Source of the DNA: Blepharisma stoltei ATCC 30299
Lineage: Eukaryota > Protista > Ciliophora
Direction of reading: 5' to 3'
Assembly: GCA_965603825.1 (NCBI GenBank)
Contig: CBFDEM010000050.1
Location: 434,001 to 498,000, forward strand
DNA length: 64,000 nucleotides
Below, in pieces: positions 35,871 through 49,400 of this stretch (positions are counted from its first letter, which is position 1; each line of letters opens with the position of its first letter). The position numbers and the translations under genes were made by a program. Under the pieces are notes generated by a model. The model made no database searches and had not been told where the DNA came from. It saw only the letters and a program-made list of their open reading frames with translations.

Positions 35871-37115
35871 CTAAACTAAGAAGGTGACAGTAATGAAATC
35901 AAGCTCAATCAGTGATTTGTCATAGCTCTTTTTAGCCTAAACTTTTCCTTTCAGATTTTCTAGCAATATTCTATGAGCGGTTTTAGATAACCCTAGGGGA
36001 GATGATTACATCCCAGCCAGGTTAATATAGATTACTAAAATTCATTTGGTTTTAAATTAAAGGAGATGCTGTTTTTTAATTTTTTCAACTTTTATCACTA
36101 TAGTCTGGTTATTTCGTTTATCAGTTTGCATGATGGATTATATTATGTCTTAATACGGTTTAGCTCGCACTTAGTCATCACCTGCCTATCCACGCCTGCT
36201 TTTTAGACAGATTAGAATTAAAGTCATTCCTGGATGGAAAATGAAGCATATCGAAATAATAGAGTTGTAAAAATCATATCAAGTTAAGTCCTGAAAAATG
36301 TTTGAGAAATAGACTTTTAAATAATTAATGAGACTTTAATTAAAAATCTTGCTTTACTTAAGAACAATCTGAAATTAAAATGCTTAAAGTGAAGTTTATA
36401 TAATTTTTAAAAGGCATCAAAAATATTTTTAAAATAATGCTGCTAATGCTATTTGAATTGAATTAAAGACCATTTCATGTTGCTATCAACCTTATTTTTG
36501 AATTATCAAACACAGATAAACTTAGGAAATGCAGCTTGACTAAAAAGCCAATTAAAATATTGATATTAAAGGTAAATTAGCTTAAAAAGCTTCTCAAATA
36601 GATCTTTTAATAAAATTATTTTTAAAAATTTTAGCAATTCCATATTTAAGAATAAAAATTAGCTATCTCTAAAAGGGAAAAAGGCTCAGTAATAAAAAAT
36701 TTTGAAAATTCTAAAATTTGATGACTTTAACTTGGCGAATCGGTTAGGCCATTTCATTTCAATCTTTATCTGTTAGGCAATTTTTTTATAAATTAATTTT
36801 TTACTATGTATTATTCTGCAGATTTAAGCAATTTTATCACTACAATATTTAAACACTAATTATAAATCATAGTCATACCTGTTTTAATCCATAAAAATCA
36901 TACCTTATTATATTTTATTAAAAGTGCTTTTACTAGCTAAAAATTTCCAAAAAAATCACAAAGACTACTAAACCGCTTTACTTGTTTACTCTTTAAATTA
37001 TCCATAATATCGATGCCTATTCTTTTGATTCAAACTCAAATTATTATCAAAAATTGATCTATCCCTTTTATTATGCATGATTATGTAAACCTTTATAAAA
37101 TAAACAAATAAATAA

Positions 37116-37829
37116 ATGGTTAAAAATATACCTCAAGAGCTTGAGTCATCTAGAAATCTCGAAATTCCAATTGAGCCTCCTCAAGAGCTCAGCTACCATT
37201 CTCAAGAACTACTTGGAGTTCATTCTTCACCTGAAAGTGTGCTCCCCGGAAGGGAATACACCCAAGGCAGAAAAAAATCTCCAATTAAATTTGAAAACAC
37301 TGCTGTTGGATGCTTGATCCAATATCTCAGAAAAAACGGCCCAAGCTCAATAGAAGATATTGTCCGGCACTTTACAGCAGTGGAGCATAATTTGGTGACA
37401 ACCAGAGGGGGGAAATTTGTTAAGGATGCCTTTGGAATTGCCGATTATGCGATATCTTGGAACCCAAAGCTTTTCTTGCTGGATAGGCACTCCAATTATT
37501 GTATTAATGTAACCTAAAATTAGGAAGCAAAAGCTGCAGAGGCTGAAGAAAGTTTCAAAAACAGGGATGCCAGAAGGATTCAACAAACAAAAGAATCGGA
37601 AGAAAGAAATAATAAAAGATTAGAAAGGCAAAGGAAAAGAAGGGAGAGCTGGAAAAAGATAAGAAAAATCATTTTAAATGATTTAAGAGGGGATATGGAA
37701 AATCCTACATGCTTTACTAAGGTGTTTCTCATTTTGACATCAGGTAATAAAGAAGTGGCGAGCATGATGACTAAAGAAATCAGGGAAGCTTATGCAAGTA
37801 TGATAAGAAATAACCCGAATTCTTCCTAA
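37116..37829 (+). CDS. Putative winged-helix-like protein, paralogue of 24861-25595 (one 15-nt intron)
   Basis: Same N-terminus MVKNIPQEL and same core. Intron GTAACCTAAAATTAG at 37509-37523; the spliced frame is open to TAA 37827-37829. Confidence 0.85.
37509..37523 (+). other. 15-nt spliceosomal intron
   Basis: GTAACCTAAAATTAG, containing an in-frame TAA; removal restores homology with the paralogue. Confidence 0.9.
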
Positions 37830-39689
37830 TTTATCAATAATATAACCAAAAATATAATAAAAACAATCGATAAATTTGCTTAAGTCTTAATTTTCGGTTC
37901 ATATAAGCATCAAAATGACAATGATTCAAATGCGTTATATTTAATAAAATTTTAAAAGAAATAAAAATCAGTGTTGGGGAATCAAAATTAATTAAAAAGG
38001 CATCTGAAGATTGCTATTTTGCATGAAATAAGCCTTCTGGATATCACTTTTTACTGAATAATCATCATTTATAAGAATCTTCAAAAATTTGTTGCCATTT
38101 TAAAAAAAGACCTCCAGTTCTTTTAATTACTGGAGTTTTAAAACAAGATTTGAGAAATTTGAATTTAAATAAAAGCTTAGCAAGAGAAAATTATTATGAT
38201 GACTTAATTTGCGATATGAAGTTCCATTATGCTTGGCGAAGACTATTATTTGATGCCAGATTAGAGTCCAGGCAAAATGACTAATAAATCAATGAGCTTA
38301 ATTTGGTCTATATAAAAAAAGTTCTTCTAATGTTTAAGCGATCTAATGGTAGATTATAGAGCTAATTATCTTAGAATAGCATTTATTAAGTGACTTAAAA
38401 TTAAAATTAAATTTCTTAGAGCAAATCCTGCAGAAGAATAAGCCTATGTAATTAAAGATATTATAATCTAAATATTTTATACAATAAATTGCATCCTAAG
38501 CTGTTTTTTGGCATTTCTAACATTTCAAGAAGGTTTTGAATAAAATGAAACCTAAGAAGAGTATACACACAGTATAGGTAAAATAAAGGGGATATATTAT
38601 TGGGAACATCAAAAAAAGCCTTTGAAACATCAATGAAAATTAAATACAATAGGCAATTATTCTCAAGTTTATCAAAAGTCTCGTCTAAAACAGAAAAATG
38701 ACTCCCATACTGCAAATGAAGGAGTGAGCCTATCGCGCCTGAGTATTATACAATATAAAATCGTGGATTATAGAAAAACAATGATCGTATAATAAAACAA
38801 GAAGGCCAAAAGACTTTTAAAGACAAAACTTAATGAAATTATGGATGAATAAAAAGCTTAAACAAATTACCTTATTTCCCATGCAGCTAAATAGTCTCAC
38901 CGATATAAATCCCTTTATATTGGGTAAGTTCACTTCACAAAGAAACCTTAAAAATCATTTAGGGAATAAATAAGCATAACAGCTTTTAGATTTACGCTAG
39001 AGCCCCTTAGATGCTTCAAATAAAAATCAATCCCCAAAATAGCAATCACTCTTTTCAAGGCGCTCCTTCAATCTTTGAAAGTATCCGTAAAGTCCTTGCA
39101 GAAATAATAGAAAATATGCTGAAAAGCAAATCTCTGCTATATATAATTTATTTAGCATCTCACGTGAGATCAAAAACTTATCAGCTGTGTTAACTTACAC
39201 GAAAACATTTAAACTGCGACTGAAATCGTATAAAAGTTTGGTCTTACAGTAGAACTAATTTAAAACTTTATTCCTATTGCTTCGCAGCTTAGCTTAGCCC
39301 AAAAATGCAATGCTAGCTTGAGAGGTTGGAGCACTTTAAGCTTATGCTAACTCATAGCACATATGAAGATTTTTCTCTTCATCAGATTTTGTATTGGGAT
39401 AAGCATTGATTAGCTTAGTTCTTTATTGCATAATAATCTCATAGAAGCTAATTAGTCTGAAATCTCTTTATGGATTAGTGCTGAGCCTGAATTGCTAGCA
39501 ATTTATTAATTAATACCTAAAATTACAAAATAATCACTATTTTCTGGACTAATATCATAAATACTACAGAAAATGGATTGCATAACTGGTAAAATTATTT
39601 TAATTCAATTTGTGAATCGCGTTGTCTGTTTAAATAGCTACCTCTCATACCAATATAAATTTTAAACATTATTTGATATTTTAATTAGC

Positions 39690-40860
39690 TACTTCAGGGG
39701 CAGGATTTTCATCTTCCTTTTGCTCTTCCTCAACTTTGATTATCAAACTCCTCAGCATTTTTCTTCTCTTCAGAATTTCCATTATCACTAGATCCCCCTC
39801 TCTTAATTGGATTTGGCTTGGTCGCAGCTATTAGAGGAATAACATTCTACAGATTATTTTGTTTAGTCATTTTTATTTCCACTTTGAAATTAAAAGTGAG
39901 TGCAATAGACTTTGAGGACCTTAGCCCAGCTTTTAACTGAAATTATCAGTCTACTTGCAGTTTTCCGTCTTCTTCTTTTTTCTTTCTCCTTTCCATCTCT
40001 AATAATGCAGGCACCTTGGCTTGTTTTCTGGCTTCATTTTCTTTGCTAATTTCATATTTATGGGTCAAAAATGTTTGAATATTTGTATTAAGTTGCTTTC
40101 TTTGAGATATTTTTTGCTTTGGCATTTATCTCCTTTGCACTCTCTAGACGTTAGCTCAAAACAAAGACTTTTCTGTCTGTATTTTTTTTAAACAATTGAA
40201 GCGATTTTTGCATAAGCTGGAGTCTTTGCCTTTAGGCAAGACGCGACAGAAATTGTAGCACAGAGTTTAAGATTGGCTTCATGTTATAGCCGCCCACTGC
40301 TGGCTGCTTCCTTCCACACTGATATAAGGATCTTGCTAAGCCTATCCCTATCCACTAAGGAGAGCTTATGTTTAAAGATTTAATTTTTCTCTTAAATCGA
40401 AGGATTGTGAGAAATGCCAAGCCTTTTCAATTTTGGCAATTTTAAAGGCTGCTGATTACTATTTCATGTCTTGATCCTCAATCCTGTTACTTTGCAGCTC
40501 TACTAACTTTATCTTGGTTTTTGATATTGCAATGCAGTTTTATATAGTTTAAAAGTTGATAGCTTGCAATTATTTAACCGTATATGCTCAATAGATGTAT
40601 TTTGAATTACAGAAAGTAATGCATTTAAGCATTCAGAGGAAATGCTTATACCTGACAACTCAAGTGCTTCTTCAAATTGCAAAATCTAATAAAATTTCTC
40701 ATACATTTTTTTATTGCTCTTAGGCGATAATCTGAATTCTAAGCACTGAATGCTGCTTCATTTCTTAGGACCTCCTATAAAGAATCAATTTCTAAAGGAG
40801 TTTCAACTAAAATCTGTATTCTCACTTTAAGTAAATTATCGATGAATTTGAATAAATGGT
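39690..40860 (-). pseudogene. Decayed paralogue of the LRR part of 44226-46442
   Basis: Minus strand gives ELSGISISSECLNALLSVIQNTSIEHIRLNNCKL, KRLGISHNP, CYNFCRVLPK and AKEINAKAKNI. These match DLSKTLISTEILNALLTVIRDSTIEHLALNNCIF, KRLDISHNP, CCDFCRFWPK and SRDINKKAENV. Many frameshifts. Confidence 0.8.
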
Positions 40861-41337
40861 AAGTAAATATATAAAATTTATTTAAATACTCTAAATAATT
40901 TAAAGTTTTAAAGTTAATTGAATCAAAAATCTGGGATATTCAAGCAGAAGCATCAAATTTATGAAAGGATTGAGCTGATGCTATTTATTGCTATTAATAT
41001 TTCAAGCCTTAGTGTTTTTAATTTTCTCAATTATAACTATAATTTTTTAAATATCACAAAATTACTTTTTTACTCAGGATAAATGTTAAAGAATACTCTG
41101 TAATTCCATTGGCACTTAACTCTTGTTTTTCGCATTATTTTTTCGAAATTTACCTATTGGGTTTTGCATGATAGTTTTTTAAGATTTACTTTGAATTATT
41201 TTTTCAAAATAATTTGAGCTCGTTGCAGAACTTCAGCAAATACAATTATATATTATAAGGTATGAAGATATCTTTAATTAAGATAGAACAATAATCTATC
41301 TATCTATTTATTACTTATAACAATGCGTATGCATTGT

Positions 41338-42795
41338 TTAAGCTCTTATGAGCTTTTTCAAAACAAGTCGGTGGTTCTCATTTGCCTTTTATTATTTGTT
41401 CCATACTTCGTCTCTTTCGCCTCCATGTAGCTCCATGCTTTGCCCCTAAGTATTTTTCAGTGACATCTCTTTTCTGTTGCATCAGCATACCATATCACAT
41501 CTTCTCTGCAGTTGATCTTCGAAAGTTTCAAATTTGCTTCATACTTTCCCCCGTATAGCACCACTTCTCTTCAGTCTATTTTGAGTTCTTCTAGCCTTTT
41601 TTGTAGCTTAAGACTCTGTTCTTCATAGGCATTTAGTCTTATAAATGTCGGCGTGTTTGTGCTACTCTTTCCTATGGTTAATTCCCTATAGAGTTTGGTA
41701 GTTTTTTCTGTTTCGTTTCTTAACCTCATCAAAGCTTCATCCAGGCTAAGCTGCCCCGCTGCTTCATCAATTTTCTTTTTTCAGTCCATCTTGTCTATTT
41801 TCGCCGGTAGACCGAACCCTGCTTTTGTCATTGCCCTCTTCCTTGATATTGCTTCCTCCCTCATGTCAGCCGTTAAATTTCCTTCATCTGATGCTATCTC
41901 GTCTCCTATTTTATTTATTCTCCCGCTGGTAAAACCACTTATTTTATCGTCTTCTTGCAGCTGCATCTGTTCCTCTGTTAGTGTTTTAAGGCCTAGTACC
42001 TTTTCCTGTGCCCTTTTATCCTTCCTCAGTCTTTCAGCCTTTATCTTCTCATTCTTCCTCTTCACCACTTTTTTGTGACCTTCTTCGTTGTGCCCAGGTT
42101 GTTTGCATATCTTACAGAACAGTGATCCTGGGTGCCTTAGAATTACTCTTTTTCCATCAATGAATAATTCATCTGGCATGTCAAGCGCTTCTTCAACATT
42201 CCCAAATTCTCCGTATATGATGTACCTCGAGTGTGGACTGAAGTGTACCGAATATCTGTCTCCTCCACAATTTAATGCATTGTCCACTATTACCTCCACA
42301 ACCCTGCATCTTGTGCTTGCCACTTCCACTACTTTTTCTATTGGTATTCCGACTGGAAATGTAAAGCCAATTCTATATCTCGCATAGTTTATGATTCCTT
42401 TCTCGACAACTGGCCCGACGGGTATGACTATATTCTTGCCTCTGTGTGCTGTCAGAATTCCTCCTCTCTTCTTCATCTCTTCTCTCGCTATTTGCATATG
42501 TGGTGATTGCGTCTCCTGATGGTAATTGGATGCATCTTAGCACATCTCCCACGTTCGTTGCTCTCTCCAATGCTAAAATAAAGGAAGCATATAGCTCTCT
42601 TTTTTCTTCTAGGCTACCTTCAATGTTAAATTTCGAAAGGTAGATTTTTAATGTTTTGCTAATTTGATTAATCTCGCTGATATTTGGCAATTCTTCTTGG
42701 GGTGCCTGATACCCGTAGAATAACCGTTCTCTGCTCATACCCAAAATTTGCAGTTGCTCGTTTTGGTTAGCCTTGAGTTTTGGTACTCTGCGCAT
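41338..42795 (-). pseudogene. Non-LTR retrotransposon ORF1/gag-like protein with zinc knuckle, frameshifted
   Basis: MPDELFIDGKRVILRHPGSLF-CKICKQPGHNEEGH (C-X2-C-X4-H-X4-H, 42075-42116) follows an RRM-like stretch, as in L1/Tx1-type ORF1 proteins. Frameshifts at ~42500 and ~41650; TGA 41781 reads through; final TAA 41338-41340. No RT ORF recognised. Confidence 0.6.
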
Positions 42796-43023
42796 ATTTT
42801 GGCTAAAATTAAATGTGATAGAACAATAATCAATAAAAGACACTGGAACATTCACATTATAATTAAATGCCAAGAGCAGCACAGTTTAATAAATAATCAC
42901 TTTTTTCCTAACAAAAAATTTTCTGAAATCAATTTTGAGCTTTTTATCTATAGCTAAAATACCGCGTTTTGTCAAAAATGGATCACAAAGCGCTAAGTTG
43001 AAATTGATATATTTTCTTCTCTC

Positions 43024-43995
43024 ATGAACAAGTTCGTAGAATCCCAAGATTGGCAAGAAAATAGCTTCCCCAACTCAGACAATAACAAACGTGCCACACG
43101 GCCAAGAGATTTCACAAGCAAAGAAGAATCAGAACTATTCAAATATCAAAAACTCTCAGAAGAAAATGATTCCTTAAGGAAAATCATCAGCCAAAAAGAA
43201 TCAGAGCTTGAAGAGTGCCATAAACGGATTGATTCATTAGAAAAATGAATGAAAAGCAAAGTTTCTGAAATGAACCAAAAAATCGAAGATCTCAACAAAA
43301 ATGAGGGTGAAGAAATTGCCCCGTTACTAGAACAGTTTAAAGAAGGGCTTATTGAGAGAGATGAAGACATACAAGAAAGGCTTTCTATGCTTGAAGAAGA
43401 GATTTCTTTATCAAGAAAAGGAGCCTCTACAGAAAAAGACAAAAAATCTACTAAAAATACAGAAAGCGAGGAAAATAAAAAATCCTCTGAAGAAACCCCA
43501 CAAAATAAAAGAAAAAGAAAGCCACCAGGAGAAAAAGCTAAAAAATCTAGGGCTAAGCCTAAAGCTAAGAAACCAAAAGCAAAAGAGTTTGACTCAGACG
43601 AAGAAGATTTCCCAAGATTATCAGGAAAATCGTCAAGCGATGAAGAAATTGAAAAAAAGCCAAGAGAAAAATCTCCTGAAAGGGAAAAGCCAAAGATAAA
43701 GAAAACTCCAATTGCTGATATAAAAATTAAGAAAAATAAAGAAAAATTAAGCGAAGAGGAGACGAGTGATGCTTCAAAGACAAAGAAGCTGCCAGTTATT
43801 GAGGAAAAAAATAAGAAAAACAAAGAAAAATTAAGCGAAGAAGAGATGACGGATAATTCGAAAAGAAAAATGTCAGATGAAGAAGCTCCGAAGAAAAAGC
43901 CAGTCAAAAGGCCGAATGAGCCTGTTGAATTTTTAGAAGAATGCACAGAAGAAGATTGGAATAAAGCGGCTTGGAATCGAATACTTAAAAAATAA
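43024..43995 (+). CDS. Lys/Glu-rich coiled-coil/disordered protein (323 aa with TGA=Trp)
   Basis: ORFs 43024-43248 and 43249-43995 are joined by a single TGA. It has a heptad-like N-terminal half, NLS-like basic clusters, and an internal duplicated KKNKEKLSEEE motif. The start is uncertain (out-of-frame ATG at 42978). Confidence 0.7.
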
Positions 43996-44225
43996 CTGCT
44001 ACTAATGTAAATTTCATTTGGTCATAGGAAAAGGCTAAAAATTTTTCTTAAAGTTTAGGGAAGTAAACCGTTTGAATTTTATAGATTTCTTCATTAGAGA
44101 CTCAATTTGTCTTTATAACTCCTTTAGTTTTAAGTTTTAACTGCTTGCTTTAATTATGCTTTATAAAGCCATTTATTCACCACTAATTCTAATTGATCTA
44201 TAATTTTTAATTGACCGGCTGTAAG

Positions 44226-46442
44226 ATGAAAATCCAAATTTTGATCAAAAACCTTGAAGGAGTCATTGGCGCTGTTGAGTGTGAGGATGCAGAGACAATT
44301 GAGGTTCTGAAGGAAAGAATTAGCCGCAGCCAAGGTGTCCAAATAAGCCAATTCACCCTCTTTTTCGGAGGTAGACCTTTGGACCTTAAAACTACTATAA
44401 GCGCAAATAGAATCGTAAAAGACAGCACTATTGCCATGAAAAAAGTAGAAACTGAAGAAGAGAGCAATGGGTTCAGCTATTCAAAAACATGGCCAAGAGG
44501 AATCCTTGGTGCACTTAAGAGTTTCAATAAGGCTTCAGATCCTAATGAAATTTGGGAGAGAGTCGGTCTAGAATTAACAAGATTAGTCATCGGCAACCAC
44601 TCTTTTAAGTGAAACTTGGACAAGATGTGTGTTAGCTATATGGGGATTAACAAAGAGATGGATGACCTTGATGAGCAGTGGCATATGGATACATCATATT
44701 TTGGCGTAGAGCAAAGAAAAAGTGTATTCGACATCTTCAAATGGAATTACATCTTTCTTGAGGAAAGAGGTGAAACTGAAGAAGGCTTAGGCAAGAAGTA
44801 TGATGATACAGAACTTTCTAGAAGTTATGAACTAATTCTTAGAGATTATAGAAGCCCTAAAACTTTTGTTGTGCTAGATAAAAACCCGTCACTAAAGCTT
44901 AATGATGATTCAAACGACAACTTTGTATTTGATACGTTGTCGTGGGATAAAGTAGAAAAAGGTAGAACACAACAGTTATCAAAAAATCAGCAAACGCTAA
45001 GAATGAAAAAATCAACAAAAGATATGTCAGGTAGAGTTGAACTAAATGAGGATATCGAGAGATACAAAAATCAAGCTCTCAACTTAAAAAATGGCTATTT
45101 TAACGATGTTCTGGATTTTGGGCGAGGCTTAAAAGAGAGAACTAAAGTTATCAAATCATTGAAAATCAAAGGAGAGTTTGCATTCAAGCCTTTTTTCACA
45201 AAGCTGCATAAAGATTACATTAACCAGATTGATCATAACCTCGATCTCTTTAAGGGCATATTCGACGGTTTTAAAATGTGCGCAGGCATTAACTGCCTAA
45301 AACTCAAGCTATCACATAGTAATGAATCTGAGCAGGCTGAAAATGTTCTAAAAATGTTACAAGAAATTGCAGTAAATGACAACTTAAAGTACAATTTAAA
45401 GTACCTCGACCTTTCAAAAACCTTGATTTCCACAGAAATTTTAAATGCACTGCTCACCGTTATCAGAGATTCCACTATTGAGCACTTGGCGTTAAATAAC
45501 TGCATTTTTGAAAACAATGGACTAGATATATTATCCAATTCGTTTTCAGAGAGCGCAATTGTGTCAATAGAGCTAAGAAATAACAATATTGACGATGAGT
45601 TCCTAAAGAAATTGCTTCATAAATTCGAGAATTGCAGGTACTTAAAACGACTTGATATTTCACATAATCCAATTGGGGCCAAATGTGAAGAAAGTATAAA
45701 AAATTTGATAAGAAAAACTGGAATTACCTCGCTTAATATCAGCCACACTCACATTGTGCAGAAAGAACTTAATGCAATTTTAAATTGTGCTGGCTGTTCA
45801 CAGCTCGAATATATCTGCATTGAGGGCAACAGTAAAAAAGATATTCTTCAAAATTACAGCACTTTGGGGAAAATCCTATGCTGCGATTTCTGTAGATTTT
45901 GGCCTAAATTAGGCGATTCAGGATGTTGTCTTGCTATTCAAAACTGTTTCGCAATCAAAGCACATCAGCGTGTTGAAGCAGATGGTGATCAGGAGCAAAA
46001 ATCAAGAGATATCAATAAGAAAGCAGAAAATGTCCAAAAGAAAAGGCAGCTCGACAGGAACTTGGACCAGTTATTAGAAGAAAAGATAAGGAAAATGAAA
46101 GAAAAGTTAACTATACAAGCAAAAATTGGTTCTGAAGATTATGAAAGAGAAAAAAAGCGTCTTGAAGAAGAAGAAAGAAATAAAGAAGAAGAAAAAAAGC
46201 ATGAGCTGAGAGTATCTGAAGTTGGAGCTGCCAAGATTCAATCAACGATCATTACCACGAGCAATTCTACTAACAACAATACAATGGATACGAGAAATAA
46301 CTTGCAAGATGTCGCGAGCCCAAAGGCTATTGAGAATGCACCCCAAGAGCCTGAGAAAAAAACTGCACCTATTAAAAGTGACCCAGCTGACATCATTGAC
46401 AAAGTGGATGGATTTGTAAAGAATCTGGAGAAGATGGAATAA
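44226..46442 (+). CDS. Ubiquitin-like domain + RI-type leucine-rich repeat + coiled-coil protein (738 aa)
   Basis: N-terminus MKIQILIKNLEG...ETIEVLKERISRSQGVQISQFTLFFGGRPLD...DSTI is ubiquitin-like. One TGA (44610) joins it to the 608-aa ORF with LRRs (LKYLDLSKT, IEHLALNNC, IVSIELRNNNI, LKRLDISHNPIG, ITSLNISHT), a Cys cluster and a charged tail. Confidence 0.88.
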
Positions 46443-49400
46443 ACAATAATAAAGGTTAAAACTTAATAATAAAATCTTTACTGAAATGGCGAGCCGCAAT
46501 TTGTGGTTAATTTAATACTCAGGAAGCTCTAAAAGAGCCTAAATAACATGAAGGTATCTATAAATATCAAAGTTACTATATTTAAATTGAGATACTTGGA
46601 ATAATAGTGGATACCATATGAAAATCTGCTGATATTAAGCAGAAAACTAGTTTGGTTAATGATTTTAATTTAAACTCAAAATAAATGCACCTACATATGA
46701 ACTTAAGAGTAATACTTTATTTGCGTAATTATTAAATTTTAAGAAGAAAAAGAAAAGCTGCTTCATTGCATAATCGAAAGACTCTTTCTGCCTGTGCCAG
46801 CCAAAATTTCTTTAATTATCAGGCTCTATAACAATTTATCTGCATCCTATTATATAAAAGCAATTTTTTGTCTAAGAAATTGGTATTTCTGCTAATATGG
46901 CAATATATATTTGTCTAGTATGATTTGCTAATTATCTCAAGTAGAGATATTCTTTTATCCCAGCTCTCATTAAACCATAACTTAAGCCTTAAAAAATATA
47001 ATGAGTAGATGGGAAATTTGATTTTCGCCGAGCATGAGCCTTTTGCATATTAGAGTTTTACAATTAAATTCCATTTCCAATAAATTAAATTTTTCTTTAA
47101 GGGCAAGTGAATTTAATTCCAAATAAATGTAGATTAAATTTTAATAGGGTAAGCCAATTCTCATCTATTTTAACCAGTAATAATAGATATTGTGGTTTTA
47201 AAATGCATTGAAGTTAATAAAATCAAGAAATGATGATATCTGATTGCTAAAGGCAAGTTTAAGCAGTTATAAGTGAATTATTTATCCAGTTCTTCTAAAC
47301 TTTTATGTAATAAAGCACAACAATCTAAAGGATTGCATAGCATAGAGGATATTTTAATAAAATGTCCATAATTTTAAATGGCAGGGTCATTTAGGAATAA
47401 CTCACTACACTGGATCCAGCGAGAGGATCTATAAGTCCTTAAGCGTCCTATTTCAAGAGAGGAAACTGCTCAAGATTTTTGGCTACTCAAAGAGAGTCCT
47501 AAGTCCACGGAAATTTTCTTTATGCCTCAGAGAAATATACATAAGGAAATTATAATCAAAAATATAATAAACATTTAAAAACTCCTGAATTAAATTAAAT
47601 AATTAGTTAAATGTTGAATATCTCACTAAAGTTTTATTGAATTTTAATATTAATTTGTGCTAAATTTTATTGTCTGCATTAATCATTTAAATTTATAATT
47701 ATTTTGGAAATATTTATGTCAAAGAAGACAATATATTAAAATTATTTTAAAAAGAATTGCCATTAAAAGAGAAAAATCCATATTTGCATTTTAATTTAGC
47801 TGAAATTTATTTATTTTGAAGTTTCCTGTCTATTAAAGGAATTTTGCAAATTTAAGTACTTATTTCGATTTGAATTTTAGAAAATAAGGATCAATTATAA
47901 AATATGGTTTCTTTGTTTATATGTAGAAACTGCTATTGCATTAGATTATGGATAAATTTTTCTATAGGCACAGCTTTTAAGTCCAATTATCAATCAAGCA
48001 GCTTCTTCTCTAATTATCCCGCTTATGGCAATATTTATATTTTTCTACACGGGATGCTAATTCGTTCAAGGAGAGATATTGTATCCCAGCCATCAGCTTA
48101 TTATAATTGATATCCTTATCAGTCAGGGTAATCCTTTACTTAAGCCTTAGATATATGTCGAGAATAAGCCTTCCACATTATTAGAACTTTTCTATCAAAT
48201 TACCATTTTTTAATAAATTAAGCAACCCTTGAAATTTTTAATTCAGCACAGCAAGGCAAGATAATCTCTGAAGTCATGGAATATCAAGAACCTTAAAATT
48301 TAACAACCAGTTTATGGGCAAAAAACCATGGGACACAGAAAAGTTAAATAAGAAAATACTACAGAATTGAAATCGAAATTATTAAAAACGTGAAAAATAC
48401 TAAAGAAGAAAGCATTCTTCCAGAAACTTTATATTAAGATAATTCAGAGTAGAATTAACAAGATCCAATGGTTAGATTATTGAAGTTAATAAATAAGCTA
48501 GTATTGAAATCTTAATTATCTGAATTGTATATATAGAGAATTGATAACATCATTATTTATATTCTAATTCAAGCACAATACATTGCAGAAATATCAAAGA
48601 TTTGCCAATTAAGTATTTTTGCTGCAATATTAAAGGAAAAAAGACGAATATTGGAGGTTTCAAGTAAAAGCTGAGAAAATAAAAAATTGTACTAAAATTA
48701 TTACAAATATAAATAATAAATGAAAAGCAAATTAACTAAGGTTTTAGATAAAGATTAAAAAGGAATAAGCAAAACTGCTCCTTAGTCACCATTGGCCAAA
48801 GCATTTACCATAACGTTAACTATTTTATCTAATTACTCCGAATCACCTCAGAAGCAGAAAAATTCCTTCTAATGAAAATATGTGTTTTGAAATTTTCGAA
48901 TTACTTGATAAGTGTTGGTAAGCTGCTATAAACATTCTGGATTAAATCTAAAATTTTAATGCTGATCATAATCATGCTTAAACTGTTTGAGTTCTTATTA
49001 AGAAGAGAACACTTTTAATTTCTACTCAAACTCGATTAGCCTTATAAAGGGATTGGTATCTACGAATATTGCGACTAATAGAGTTGCAGACGCATGATGC
49101 CTGCTACAACTGGAATATCCTTATAAAGGCATTTATTGATTGCGATTTATACAGTCATAGAGATACAGATTTCTGCCATAGTGTTGAGAGCTCTATGTGC
49201 ATCATGAGGCTTAATTTTGATTATTTACAAGCTAAATTTAGAATAATTACAAATTTTATCATGATAATTTTTTAAATTAATACATTTAAAAGTATGCTCT
49301 TAAGTGTCTGCCAATTTAATAGTTGTCTGTAAAGTTACCGCTTTGAATTTATTCGTTTTAACCAGTTATATTCAGCGTAAACATATAATCAATTTGGGTT

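Noticed and set aside
43146-43946. 266-aa Phe/Ser/Leu-rich minus-strand ORF and the many other short antisense ORFs in the track
   Set aside because: Shadows of the opposite-strand genes, here of the Lys/Glu-rich CDS.
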